The translations under genes were made by a program, and so were the position numbers. The notes beneath the pieces are model-generated. The model saw only the letters and a list, made by a program, of their open reading frames with translations. It was not told the DNA's origin and searched no databases. A stretch of DNA of 64,000 nucleotides from Vicugna vicugna (Eukaryota), in contig MU058153.1 of assembly GCA_013265495.1 (NCBI GenBank), forward strand, positions 622,001-686,000, in the 5' to 3' direction. Of this stretch, positions 13,215 through 26,012 are shown piece by piece. Every line of letters starts with the position of its first letter. The stretch's first letter is position 1.

Positions 13215-14985
13215 TACTTTATTTCTTCCTTTCTGACCTGCATGCCTTTTCTTTCTTTTTCTTGCTATATCGCACTGGCCAGGACTCCAAGTACTATGTG
13301 AGATCAGAGTAAACTTCCTTGTCTAATTCCCAATTTTAGGGGAAAAGCAATGCCTTTCATCAATATGTACATTAGCTATAGGTATTTTTATATATTTTCT
13401 TTAACATGTTGAGAAAGTTCACCTCTGTCCCTAGCTTTCTGAGGGTTTTGATCATGAAGAGGTATGGAATTCTGTCAAATATATTTTTCTGAATTTGTTG
13501 ATATAATTGGGTGATTTTTCTTCTCTGGCCTGTTAATATGGTAGATCGCATTAATTGCTTTTTGAATATTAATCAGTCTTAAATCCTTTGAATATACCCC
13601 TTTTGGTTATGGTATGTAACTCTTTTTATATATTGCTGAGTTCTGTTAGTTAATCTTTTGTTAAGGATTTTTTGCAACTGTATTAAACAGGGATATTGGT
13701 TCAATATTTTTTTTCCTTTTTCTTTTCCCAATTGTCTGTCAGATTTTTGTAGTAGGGTAATACTGGCCTCATAAAATAATGTTAGATGTATTCTGCCCTC
13801 CACTGTTCTAGAGGATATTGTTCAGAATGAGTGGTAATTACTCTTTAGAATTTTGTTTGAATTTTCCATAATTACTGTCTGATCCTAGATTTCTTTGTTA
13901 GGATTTTTAAGACTATGATTTAAATAGTTTTAGTAGTAACAGTTCAGTATTTCATGACTGGTGATCTGTGGTGGATTGCACTTTTGACGTATTGGTCCAT
14001 TTTGCCTAAGCGATCAAATACTTATGTGTTCAGAGTTGTTCAAAGTATTGTCTCAGGATCCCTGTAAGGTCTACATGGTCTGCAGTGATAGTCACTGTTT
14101 TATTGCTTACATTGCCGACTTGTGTCTTCTCTCTTTTTATTTTTTAGTTTTATTAAAGTTTTGCCAATTTTATTGATCTTTTTACATAAAATAACTAGTT
14201 TTCTGTTTCATTGATGTTCTCTATTATTTTCCTGTTTTTAAATTCATTGATTTATGTTCTTTCCTTTATTCAGTTCTATTTTCTGCTTGCTTTGATTCCT
14301 TTCTCTCTCTCTCTCTTTTTCCTCCCCTAGTTTCTTAAGGTGGGAAACTACATTACTGATTTACTTTTTATCTTTTTTCTAATGTATTTACTGCTATAAT
14401 TTTTTCCTCTCAGCACTGCTTTAACTGTGTTCCATGCATTTTGATATATTGGATTTTCATTATCATTAAGTTAGATATATTTTTGGATTCCCTTGAGGCT
14501 CGTCTTTGCCACTTATATCGTTTAGAAGTGTGTTGTATAATTTCCAAGTATTTGGAGATTTTCCTGTTATCTTTGTTTTATTGATTTTTAGTTTGATTCC
14601 ACTGTGATTAGAGAGCATACTATATATGATTTCAATTTTTTAAAATTGTGTAAGTTTATTTTATTGTCTAGGATATTGTCTTTCTTGGTAAATGGTCCAT
14701 GTGAACTTTAAAAATAGACATATTCTGCTGTTGTTGAGTAGAGAGTAATATAAATATTGATTAGATTTGTCCATGAATCATACTGTCAAATTCTTCTATA
14801 TTGTTTCTGATTTTATATCTAGTTGTTCTATCATTGGTGAGAAATAGATTTTGAAATATTCCAGCTATAATATTGTATTTGTCTATCTCCTACCTGTCCT
14901 CTTATCTGAAATTTTGCTTCACATATTTCAGAACTCTGTTGTTTGATGCATGCATATTTAAGATTCCTATGTCTTCTTGGTAAAT
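13215..14985 (-). mobile_element. L1 retrotransposon internal fragment (decayed ORF2 region), antisense
   Basis: ORF 13579-13803 encodes 'FYEASITLLQKSD...QKILNKRLTNRTQQYIKRVTYHNQKGYIQ', recognisable as L1 ORF2p 'FYEASITLIPKP...[29 protein letters not shown]'; flanks are T-rich antisense L1 with many stops. Confidence 0.92.
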
Positions 14986-15629
14986 TGCAAATTCTTTTAG
15001 TTTCAGTTTGCTCCTCACTGATCAGTGTCTAATGGTAGTGCTATCAAATGGGGGGAATCAATATAATCAATAATTAAATGATATCTTTATTTCTCTTAAG
15101 AGAAGCAGTTAATTTTTTGCCATTTATTTCCCCATCTGGAAATACAGCACTTTTTTAAAATCAATTTATTGGGAATACAAAAATACATATAAAAATTTTA
15201 GTGAATGCCCTTTTGTCACAACTAAGTTCAAAAGAAGATTAGTTTTAAAAAAAATAAAAAGATCCTCTACTTGAACCACAAAGCTCTTTGGGGATCTGAG
15301 GTGTTATAACACAGGGGCAGTATTTTCACTGTAATATTCTAATCGAATGCAGCTGGAGTTGCAAACTCAAATTCATGCCAAGCTCAGTATTTATCAGAAA
15401 TAAGTGAAGTTGGTCATATGTATAAATAAATGAATGAATGAATGGATTATTAAATGAAAACAATGATGTAAGAGCATTATAGATGATAATTGACATTCAG
15501 CCTCCATTATTTTTAGCGTACAGTAATGAGTTTAGAGTGTTGTGGTGATGATTAGAATGGAAACAGAGGCTATTCAACTCAACTACTGTACTTTAATGCC
15601 ATGAGACAGAGAATGTAGGTCCAGAATGC

Positions 15630-16150
15630 TAAGTAGAATTCTTAAATGCTCCACACAGTTCCCATCCCTTGGTATTCATGTCCTGTATATTCTAGAATGT
15701 GGACAGGATCTTTGGCTTATGATGGATTTCACCCTGTGGAGATGATGTTATAAGACAAAGATGAAGAGAGTTTGCAAATGCAATTAAGGTCCCTAATCAG
15801 TTGACTTTGAGTTAATAAAAATGGAGACTATCCTGAGTCTGCTTGACCGAATCAAGTGAGCTCTTTAACATCAGGTTCAAACCCTCCCTCTAGAGATTCA
15901 AAGCAGTAGAGACACTTGAAGCAAGCCACCATGAATTCTGTAGCCACAAGTTGATGAAATCTCCCAACAGTAGTGTAACCTTAGAAGAGGACCCTGAGCC
16001 TTAGGTAAGACCCTTGGTCTAGCTGACACTGATTTCAGCCTTGAAACCTGCCCCTTAAAAAAGAACCTATGTAAGTTATGCCCAGACTTCTGACATACAG
16101 AATTTATTGAATTATAAATGGATATTGTTCAGTCACTAGATTAAAGATAA
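15630..16150 (+). mobile_element. ERVL-MaLR LTR (MLT1E-like)
   Basis: 'caattaaggtccctaatcagttgactttgagttaataaaaatggagactatcctg', 'agctgacactgatttcagccttg', 'cccagacttctgacatacagaa'. Confidence 0.8.
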
Positions 16151-18559
16151 TGCTTTCCCTATTTATGGAAGTTCAACAATGTGTTAGAATGAAGTATGCA
16201 ACTACTTGTTTGATAATTGATGATATATTCTCAAGACAGGTGTTTTTTACAGTAATCCTATTTCCTTCCCCTGTCTCCCTTCACTCACTCTCTGCTAACC
16301 TGATGACCCTTTTTGCCGAGTTCCCAGTGTTCTATCTCAGGAAGCTCATGCACTTTCTATTCTCAGTTCCTGAATCAGTTCTTATCAGCCAGGCAACCTG
16401 AGAACCTCATTCCTAACCTCTGTTATAGAGGTTCTAGAGGAGTAGTATATTTTTCACTCTTAGTTCATGGGAGTTTCTAAGCTAGAATCATATCAGATGG
16501 TCTGACAATAAAGGTAAGCATGGAAATTACACATTGTCAAGCCTAGGTTATTATTTTCCATCCTTGAATCGAGTGTGTTTCCTTGAGAGAACAATGGTAA
16601 GTTGTAGTTGTTTATTTGCCTAATTGTGCCTTCTCATAGTTTGTGATATCCACGTGGACAAGGAATGTGTCTCTTTTGTTCCACCAATAACTAGAGCCTG
16701 GAAAAGAAGTTAGCACAGGGTAACTCAATACATATTTCTTGAATTAATAACCCAGCATTTAATGTGTCTGGGGTGCATCTTGAACCTCCCTCCTTTGTTG
16801 TGTTTCTCCCCTTGCAACAAAAAGGTTACTGAACAAGTACAAATCATAGCCTGAGGCTTAAGGTGTTTATAATTTAGTTGCAGTCAAGGGGAAGTCATTA
16901 AGTGTAATCATTCAAAAAAAAAAATAAACAGTGATACATATAGCCCAGAGAATGAGTACAGAGAATCCAGAGAGTCAGAGGAAGGTATTATTCATGTGGA
17001 CTAAAGAAATCAGAGAAAGATTCAAAAACTAACAGAAGAAAAATGGACTCTAAGAATATTAAGCCAAGGTTTAGGAGGAAAGAAATATTTGGAGCCGAAG
17101 ACATGATCTTATCAGTTGATTCACAAATAGTTTACAGTGGGAAAAACTTCTATTTCATCAGTGTATAAATTTATGCCTGCTTTCCGATTATTATACTTGA
17201 AAATAGTTGTAGAAACCTAAACATCTAGTCACATTTTCATGAAAATAATGTTCTTTTGCAAAAGAAAGACTTCTAAGATCCTTATAGTTTCTATGCTTTA
17301 ATCAATTTTCTGAACCCTTGGTTTTCATTTTTGAAGTTAAGTTCCCCCACGCCCCCACACAGATTTCTATTCTGTTTTGGTCTGACTTGAGGGTTCCATC
17401 CTTTCTAAAAACAGACATGACATGCTAAGTACCAGTTTGGTTTTCTTTGTTGTCTTTATGTATTAACCAGATCACTACCAATTTCTTTAATGAGATTTAA
17501 CAAGATCTATAGTCTTGGATTGTACTTATCAAGACCAATGATGCCTTTTATTAATGAAAATTGTTAAAAGGTTTTATTCCCTGTCGTTAATTTAATTCTC
17601 ATTTTGTTGTTTCTTTTGTTGATAGAACAAAGGAAAATTCATCAAAATATCAATTAATAATATATCCTGGTTCTACTAGTAATGTTCTTGGTATCTAGTG
17701 AATAAATTGCGTAAGTTTCATTTTACCTTGTGCTAATTCCTTTTACTCTCAGAGCTTGGGTATGGAGTTCCTAACTGGTGTTCCAGTTCCACTAATTTTT
17801 TCTCAAAGAACAGGACCTTTTCCAAATTTTTAGAGCCATAACTCATACCAAGTCTTTTAAAGTATAACTATTAACTTGTCAATATGGAGAAGAGTAAGTG
17901 ACAATTTCAATAGCAAAGTGGAATTAACTCACAGGGCCAAGATGGCAGCCGTCTTGTTTTAAAATTATAATAACCTAGTCAGTCCTTATTGGCACCAACC
18001 TTATTGGAACTTTTCACTTGAAGATGAAAAATATAACCCAGAGATTCCCTGAGAAGACTTCCTCATAAGCCTGTGCATTCCTTCTCCTTAGGTCTCTGTA
18101 CTGGGTCAGTGTCAAGTGTTCATTTGTCTTATTTTCAAATATAAAAAAAAATACACCTCTATGTCCTTTGAAAAGTAGTAGTATTTGCTATTTCCTGGTG
18201 ATTTGACTCAATTTCGAATATATTAGTTGAATCAAAACTATACCATGTACTGTTAAGGAGTAATAATTAGTTTTTTATTTGAAGAATAGACTTTTATTAG
18301 AAGAAGCTCCTTAAAGTAAGAAAAATAGTGAGAAAGAAAACACTGGGTAGGAAAGAGTGAAGCAATGTGTGAATCTGTTCACAGGAAGGGAATCCAACTC
18401 TCTTACAGCTGTGCCTTCAAAAGAGATTGACCGTGTGATGACTTTGCTATATGGAACCAACTGCATGATTTACTTCCTCTCTGCTAACAAACTATAAATA
18501 TGCATGAGAATTTATCAGGAAAGTCAGGGATTAGTAACATGAGGAAACCTGTAGGTGAC

Positions 18560-18835
18560 TCAGCCTTTCTCACTTGGGCACTATGTCTCTTATGGGGCAT
18601 CCCCCTCCAACCTCCTCTCCACAGAGTATATTACTTCATTCTCTGGAGTTTGGGTGTGCTGTTACTTTCGCTCTTATCACATTATGTTCAGTATATGTGT
18701 TGCCCTGTCTGTGTTCCCTACTGAACTGTTAGCTCACTGAAGGCTAGGATAGAGTCTTATTAATTTTTATTATCAGTATTTTGCTTAGAACCAGCCTCAA
18801 CAGTAGATATTTAAAAATAAGCTATGCTTGCTGAA
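18560..18835 (+). mobile_element. LINE-2 3' fragment
   Basis: 'gtctgtgttccctactgaactgttagctcactgaaggctaggatagagtcttatt' matches the L2 3' region. Confidence 0.65.
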
Positions 18836-20089
18836 AGGAGACACTCTGATCTATTTCCCATAGCCTGTGAATTTGTTTTTGTTTTTCCCTGTTTCATACA
18901 CAAAGATATGTCCATGTGAATGGATGGATGGATGGAAGCCAAGATAGAATGAATCATGATGGGCTTCCAGTGTGATGTCTACATGCCACACATTGTGCCA
19001 GACATTTGATTCACACCAAATAATCAAGTTATTTTTCCTGGGGCCTCTTGCATTTTTTTCAACATAAACCCTGTAAGTATAAACCACCTTTTGGAAAAGA
19101 ACACCCTCCCAATTCAGTGGAACTAAATGTCTCATTAGAATCCATATCCCCTGCCTTGGCCAGGAAATTACACTAACATAACTTACTTGCCCAGATATTC
19201 ACAACTTTGTTTTTTAGTGCTATTTTCAGGTGTAATAGCAAATAAAGAATGAAGTATGTGAATTTCTGTTTCAAACAACATAGTGTTTGGGGGAAATCAA
19301 TGGTTTTAATAAATTGTGACTAAGGATAGGTGTTCAAACTACACACATCCAAATTCCTTCCCCCAGGAATCCAGTCATAGACCCTGAGCTGACCTGAACG
19401 CTCTCTGTTTTACTGACAGATAGATTTTAAGAACGAGCAGAATTAAATACAGAATAAAAATGCAGCTGTCTGTGGGGAGGGCTGCTGGAGACACGTGCCT
19501 GGAGCAGAGAGGCTGGGGAATGAATTTTTCAATGTGGTTAATGAAGTGTGGTGTCAGCGGAAGTCAGGGGCAATTAACAACGGGGATAATGGGATGAGCT
19601 TGGGTAAACTTGTCATCTCACACGTCCAAGTGACCAGCAGCACAGGTGAAAGGTGAAGTGCATACGTGTCATTCTTACCCTTCCGTAGGAAAGAAATATA
19701 ATTGTAAAAGATTTGGCGACAGTCTATAAAGGAGCAGAAGGAGAGGAGCCTTTGGGACAACGAATATTTGTTACTTACATCTGTGTACTCATTTCCTATG
19801 TAGAATGCACTTTCACAGAACTGTCTCGATAGTTATGGCTGTCTCTTCTTTACATTGATTGTTTTACCATTATCGGGGTAATTTGAGTATATTAGAGTAA
19901 ACTTAGGAAGAACAGAACAAATAAAAATCCCTCTGGTTAAAGGTAATCATTGTTAATATTTTGGCATATTTTCTATCAGGCAGTTTTTATATGGTGTTGT
20001 ATTATTAACAGTCATAATCCTATTGTATGTACAATTTTATCTGATTTTCCACCTGACATTTGATCAGTTTTCATGTTAGTAGGAAGGTA

Positions 20090-20320
20090 AGAACTGTAGC
20101 TGACTTTCGCTGTGCTTACTTTGCTCTGAGCACTGTGAGTGTTGGGATGTAATTATGACAACAACCTTAAGGGGCAGGTGCCATTATTATCTTTATTTCA
20201 CAAGGGAGGAAACTGAGGCACGGAGAGGATATCTTTCCTAATGTCACGTGGATGATAAATGCCAAAGCTGGCACTCAGAACCATGCAGTCTGGTTCCAGA
20301 ACCTCCGGTCTCACTTTGTC
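20090..20320 (-). mobile_element. MIR SINE
   Basis: MIR core 'attattatctttatttcacaagggaggaaactgaggcacggagagg'. Confidence 0.8.
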
Positions 20321-20326
20321 ATTAAA

Positions 20327-20825
20327 CCAGGGGTAGCAAACTTTTTCTGTAAGTATTTGAGGCTTGTGGGTCTTACAGACTATGTTGCAGTTACTTCACT
20401 CTGCCGTTACAGCACAATGGCTTTAGACAAGATGTAGATGCATATATAAGTATACGAGTGAGCATTTCTGTGCTTAGATAAATAAAATAAGCCACGAGGA
20501 TATATTGTACAACATGGGAAATATAGCAAATATTTTATAATAATTATAAATGGAGTATAACCTTTAAAAATTGTGAACCGCTATATTGTACACCTGTAAC
20601 TTACACTGTACAGCACCTATGCTTCAATTAAAAAAAAATCCTAAGGGGCACTTAAATTTAAATTTTCTACAATTTTCATGGGTCACAAAACAGTATTTTT
20701 AACATCTGCTTTTTCAACTATTAGAAATGAAAACTATTTTTAACTCAGTGGCAAAAAAATAAAAAAAAGCAAACAAACAAACAAACAAAAAACCGGGTTG
20801 CTGGCAGCAGTTTGTAGATGCTTTT
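20327..20825. mobile_element. MER58B-like hAT-Charlie DNA transposon, interrupted by an L1 3' end
   Basis: Starts 'caggggtagcaaactttttctgtaa', resumes after the L1 with 'aattttcatgggtcacaaaa...tttttcaactattagaaatgaaaactatttttaactc'. Confidence 0.75.
20475..20640 (+). mobile_element. 5'-truncated artiodactyl-type L1 3' end with poly(A)
   Basis: 'ggatatattgtacaacatgggaaatatagcaaatattttataataattataaatggagtataacctttaaaaattgtgaa...cttcaattaaaaaaaaa'. Confidence 0.85.
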
Positions 20826-21600
20826 ATTAGATTAATCGATACATTATTTACCACCTAGTAGCATCCCCAAATGATTAGATATTTAGGTTGTTTAAAACAA
20901 ACATGAAATATTTGTTTCAAAAAAAAGTTGACTAAGGTAAATGATACTATAATGAATATCTCTGTACATAACAATTTTTACTACTTTTAATCACATTTTC
21001 CTAGACTTGATCTGCTCAAAGGTCATGAATAGCTCTATAACTCTTCGATTTTATTGCCAAACAACTAGATATAGGAATGTACCAACATACACCGCTACCA
21101 CTAGTCTAAAAGGACAGCGCATTTTGTTGTTACTGTTATTAAGCAAATATTGGACTAATTTATTTGAAATCATGTAAAACATAATAATATTTTAAAAACG
21201 TAAATTAATCACATTTAAAGCTGAGTTGAGTAAGGTAGTCCTTTTCTTAATGATATTTGAGAAAAATTTATTTAAGAAATTTTGTAAAATCTATGTGTTG
21301 TCTCAAAATGCCATATCAGTATTTCATCCAAGGATGATAACACAGAGTAGTAGGGGGAAATTTTTTAAAAGAGTCTGTAATTTTATCCATATCCCACCTT
21401 TTCCCCCAACGTTAGTTTTTGTTTGAGGTTTCTTAGAAATCGGCTTGATGAAAGAATGAAATTTTTCTTGAGTATTGCCTTTTTTTAAAACAAAAACATT
21501 AAACTAGTACTATTTTATTACTTTCATTATGATAACGTAAGCTTGAAGTCAGAGGATGCTAAAATTCCTTTTAAAGTCTCCAAAGTGGAGTTTTCCATTG

Positions 21601-21632
21601 GCAGTTGAGGTGTGTGCCACTAGATGGCGATA
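21601..21632 (+). promoter_or_regulatory. CTCF binding motif with upstream element
   Basis: Core 'gtgCCACTAGATGGCGata' (21614-21632) matches CCAC[CT]AG[AG][GT]GGCG; 'GCAGT' at 21601-21605 lies 8 nt upstream. Confidence 0.7.
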
Positions 21633-21710
21633 TGGGTACCAGTCACTTTGCCCTTCCTTTTTTTTTAATTGAGAGATAATTGATATATAACATTATATTA
21701 GTTAGTATTG

Positions 21711-21847
21711 ATTTTATTTTTATCCTTTATTTTTATTTTTAGTATATTTTTATTGAAGTATAGTCAGTTTACAATGTTATGTCAATTTCTGGTGTACAGC
21801 ATAATGCTTCAGTCAAATATGAACATACACATGTAATTGTTTTCATA
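21711..21847 (-). mobile_element. Short camelid/artiodactyl L1 3' end with 12-bp TSD
   Basis: 'tttttattgaagtatagtcagtttacaatgttatgtcaatttctggtgtacagcataat' flanked by 'tagttagtattg' at 21699-21710 and 21848-21859. Confidence 0.88.
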
Positions 21848-22939
21848 TAGTTAGTATTGCTTGTAAAACCCGATGAGAATAAAAGGACAGTTTTAGTGCA
21901 GCTTAGCTGAGCTGTGTCTGCATGCTTGGATGCTGTGGAGCCTGGGATTCAGAGGCCCAGGTTTACAGCTCGATGCCCTGGTGGAGTCCACATGTATTTG
22001 ATCAGCATCATGCTCTAAGTGGGGTCCTTTAGCTCCTTGGTGGCTGCTGAAAAATGTAAGGAGAATTCAGGAACAAAGACTTAGACAGACTGATCCACAC
22101 AACCAGGCAAACATCCTAATGCTTCCATATACCTGTTAAGGGTATTACCTTCACATAAGATTTCAATTTTTGGAGTAATAAGGATATGTTAGCTGATAGG
22201 AATTCAGAAGCTAGTCCATCTCCCATTGGAATTATTGGGTGCAGGCATCACAGTGAAGTGACAAAATAATTTAAATCACAAGTAAGTGCAGTTCTAATAT
22301 TTGGAGGGGTATTTTAAGCTCAGCATGGATTTTCTTCCACCTCCTCTGATAGTTCACTGGTGAATTTAATGAGTACATATCCTTTGAACTGATTGCCTTC
22401 ACTCTTTATAACCATATGATTCCAGATGGAAAATTAATCTCCCTTGTGCCTCAAAATAACTCTAATTTTCTACTTTTCATAGCACATTTAAAATCTCAGT
22501 CCAGTGGCTAGATTGTACCGTACCTTTTACAAAATGGCCAAGAGAAGGAGAGGGGCGGTCCCCTGTGCTTCATCCATGCCAGCCCGCTGACGTTTCACAA
22601 GAGCTCCAGTCTCGTTCAGTTCCACGTGCCTTTTTGAACATGATATACCCTTCGCTGGGAATTTCCTTTTGCATAGGCATTCTGCTTCCTCTCCAGACAC
22701 TTGTTAAGCACATTCTTCATGGCCTCTGATAAGATTTTGGAGAACCCAACTCCATATTTATAAAATAGAATGACCTAGTCACCCACCCCCTGTTTTGTGC
22801 TCTGCTGTACCCTGGAAACATTTCTTTGAAACCCTTTATACTATATTGATTGCTGGGGTTTGTTTTTATATTTTCCTCCTGAGTGTGATACCCACATGCT
22901 AAAGACTTGGTCTGTCTTGCTGTCTTGCTATTGACCGGA

Positions 22940-23120
22940 CCAGTTCTTGACCCAGGCTGAATATAAGAATAACTTAGAAAACATTTTTGAGAATATCAAT
23001 GCCCAGGTTTGATCCAAGATGGATTAATTCAGAATCTTTGGGCTCAAGACTTAGGTATGAGTTATTTTAAATCCTCCCCTAGGTGATCCAGATGTGTAGC
23101 AGATTTGAGAGGCACTGGCC
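22940..23120. mobile_element. MER5-type hAT-Charlie DNA transposon
   Basis: 'cagttcttgacccaggctg...aattcagaatctttggg...ttttaaatcctcccctaggtgatccagatgtgtagc..ttgagaggcactg'. Confidence 0.75.
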
Positions 23121-24444
23121 TAAGCCAGAGTCAGGGGGCCTCCTCACAGATCCAGCTGTGAAATTCTTCTCCGACATAATCATGCCACTCTTTTCTCTCA
23201 TCCAGTGAGAAACCAAGTGTATCATTTTTGAGACACATCTCCAGCCCTCTTTGACGCTCTGCCCATTTCTAACGGAAGACTGAGCGCTGTGCAGTCTATT
23301 TCCAGAGCTGCCATGAATATTTATACATCGCCCGCATCTTTACAAATTAGAGAGCATCAAGATGAATGAGAGTAGTGAATCAGAGAAGACACAAGTGTGA
23401 TGCGGGCAGAAATTTACTATCTCATTTCTATTTAAAACCTGATGACTCAGAGGAGGCAGTTCACATCCATTTCAGTAAATTCTTTAATGCTCTCCAGCAT
23501 GGTACTTTGAATTTTAGCACTATTAGGGGTGACTTGATTTATTCCCAGAAAGAGTGTGCCTGCGTGGTATTGTGTGTGTGTGTGTGTAAGTATGTATTTA
23601 AGTTAGATTATTCAAGAGTACAATAGAAAAAATAAGAAATTACTAGGCAAATTGTTAATTATTTTTGTTAAGCTTCATTTTCTATGTTGTCTTGGTGACA
23701 GGGTGTACCTCCAACCCCTAATGAATAATTCTTAAGTCTGACAAAATGCTATTTGTTTGTAAATTGATTTTTAATGTCTTTGGTTTGCATTTTTTTCACT
23801 TAGCTTTTCAACAATTATTCATTAGATTTCCAAGCCTTTCCATCTTTCTCATGCTCGAGTTCAAAACAGATTTTACAGGAGACGTGTGTCAAGATTATTT
23901 GTGATACTGTTACAATTTGACACTTCTGTACTGGAAAGTCATAGAGAGAACTATTAACATGCATCCTTTTATCCTAGTCTTTGATTATCTGGCCAATGTG
24001 AAACCATTTAAAAACCGCACATTATAGCATAAAGTACAGAGAATTTGCCCATAATGGTATCCACATGCCTGTATCATAAACACAATGGTGAAAGCATTAT
24101 AATTTCATCAGCCACAAGGCACAAAGTGGGTTGAGCATGGTCTGTGGTATGAAGTCACAGTTTGGTATTATTAATTTCAGACTTTTACTTATAAATATAA
24201 ATATAAATCATAATCATGGGGTTCCAAATTAGTATTCTGGGGAAATAGATACTTAATTCCAAAACTCCCTATTTCTCTTCTCACTTTTGACTACTGGTTA
24301 GTAAGCTCTTCTGTGTAGTCTGAGGGTTGAGGGTACACTTTCATTTTTCCGTGTCACATCTTTGCTGCACTCACTAGATGAGGCAGTCTGACCTTCATGG
24401 TGAGAACTTGGAAATCTCCCACTCTTTCAAAGACAGCCATTTCA

Positions 24445-24780
24445 TTAGGCATTTATTTATGCAACAAATCTGTATTGTGACTGTACTATACTAGGCATTG
24501 AACTTATTTCTTATTTTTCTGGAGCTCACAGTCTCACAGGGAGAAAGATATTAAATTAAAACATATTATCAAATATTTCCTGAAAACCGTGATGAACGTT
24601 AGTCTGTTGAAGTATCAGGAGTTATGACAACCTTAAACAGAGAAGTCAGCCTTAAAATGAGAGGTCAGGCAAAAAGCAGCTTTCTTTGAGGAAATGATGT
24701 TTTTAGTTTGGATTTGAAGGAATCTAATAAACGTGCTTTGGTCAGGGTGGACGAGGGGGCTGAGCGATTATGGCCAGCCA
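24445..24780 (-). mobile_element. LINE-2 fragment, antisense
   Basis: 'catttatttatgcaacaaatctgtattg...ctaggcattg...ggagctcacagtct'. Confidence 0.7.
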
Positions 24781-24929
24781 CATTTTATGTATCAAGGGCT
24801 CGTGTGTTATAAAAGGGACACTGTACTCATTTGATCTTAATAATTAAAGGCAATTATTCTAATTCTGGTGTCCAAGGAGCCAGCTGGCCATCAATGTATT
24901 AAGCCAAGAAGCCGTATGACCAAAAGGGA

Positions 24930-25105
24930 AATGACACAGGTCTGGTTTTCTGGAAGCAGAGGCTGCAATGTGAATTCGTGTTCAAGTGACTTACTGAGGA
25001 CATGCTCTCAGGGTCAGGGTAGTGAGAGAAGCGGACGGGACAAGGGAGGATGAGCTAAGCAGGAGAGTGAGCTCAGCCAGAGTGCAGCTCTAGGCTGACC
25101 CAGGT
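24930..25105 (-). mobile_element. ERVL LTR16-like fragment
   Basis: 'ggttttctggaagcagaggctg...caagtgacttactgagga...ctcagggtc..gtgagagaagc..gggacaagggagga..gctaagca'. Confidence 0.6.
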
Positions 25106-25164
25106 GCCTGAATCGCAGCACAAAAAGTAAGAAATACAAAGCAAAGAAGCTGCCAACATTCTTG

Positions 25165-25275
25165 ATTTAATCACACCCGCAAAATCCTTTTGCCATCGAA
25201 TGAAATGTGTTCACAGGTCCCGGGGATTCGGATGTGGATATATCTGGAGGGGAGGGACGTTATTTTGCCTCCCAT
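25165..25275 (-). mobile_element. MLT1C/D-like LTR terminal fragment
   Basis: 'gcaaaatccttttgccat...ttcacaggtcccggggattcggatgtggatatatct..gggg...ttattttgcctccca'. Confidence 0.7.
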
Positions 25276-25965
25276 GGAGAAGATAACTGTACAATTACAC
25301 GTTTGAGTATATGCTAGGAAGGAATTATAAATCAGTCGTTTATTATTGGGGAACCAAGTAATTCTTTTGTGATAAAGGGAAATTAAAACTGATGTGAGGA
25401 AAAGTAGGAGTTTACCGTTGAGAAGCATAAGGAAGAGTATTGAGACAAGGATGTGTGCCAACGACCTGGGATGAAAACGAGATTGACATGTGCGAGGAGC
25501 TAGCACAGCCTAGCTCACCTGCGTGGCGGTCAGCTGGGGAGGGCCCCTGAGACTCCCTAGAGCCTGGGCGCCTCCAGGTCACAAGGGGCCTGGGTGTGTC
25601 CAGGCTCACCCTTCTCACACTAATAGTAAGTTTTGTTTCTGGACAGGGTGGATTTTGTAATCACTAAACTCTGTTCCTCAGTCTCAGCTGCTATCTTTTT
25701 TACAGTTAAATTTGAGCACTACCTGTAGCAGGTGGGTAGACTATTATATTGGTTCACATTCTATGACTTACTCATAGCTTCCCTTTACATGTGCTTACTT
25801 TTTATTTTCTCACTTCCCCACTTTAAAAATAGCATTTTGTTATGAGGCTGATACACTTTTTCTTATAAATCTGTACATGAATTTTCATAAAAGTTATCCC
25901 ATCATTGCCCAGGCCAAGGATAATCACCTTTAATGATTTGGTGTGTAGACTTAACAGATATTTTC

Positions 25966-25967
<2 letters not shown>

Positions 25968-26011
<44 letters not shown>

Positions 26012-26012
26012 T
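25968..26012. repeat. (TG)n microsatellite inside an antisense L1ME-like fragment (~25800-26300)
   Basis: Direct read: about 18 perfect TG units then 'atgtgtgt'. Confidence 0.97.
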
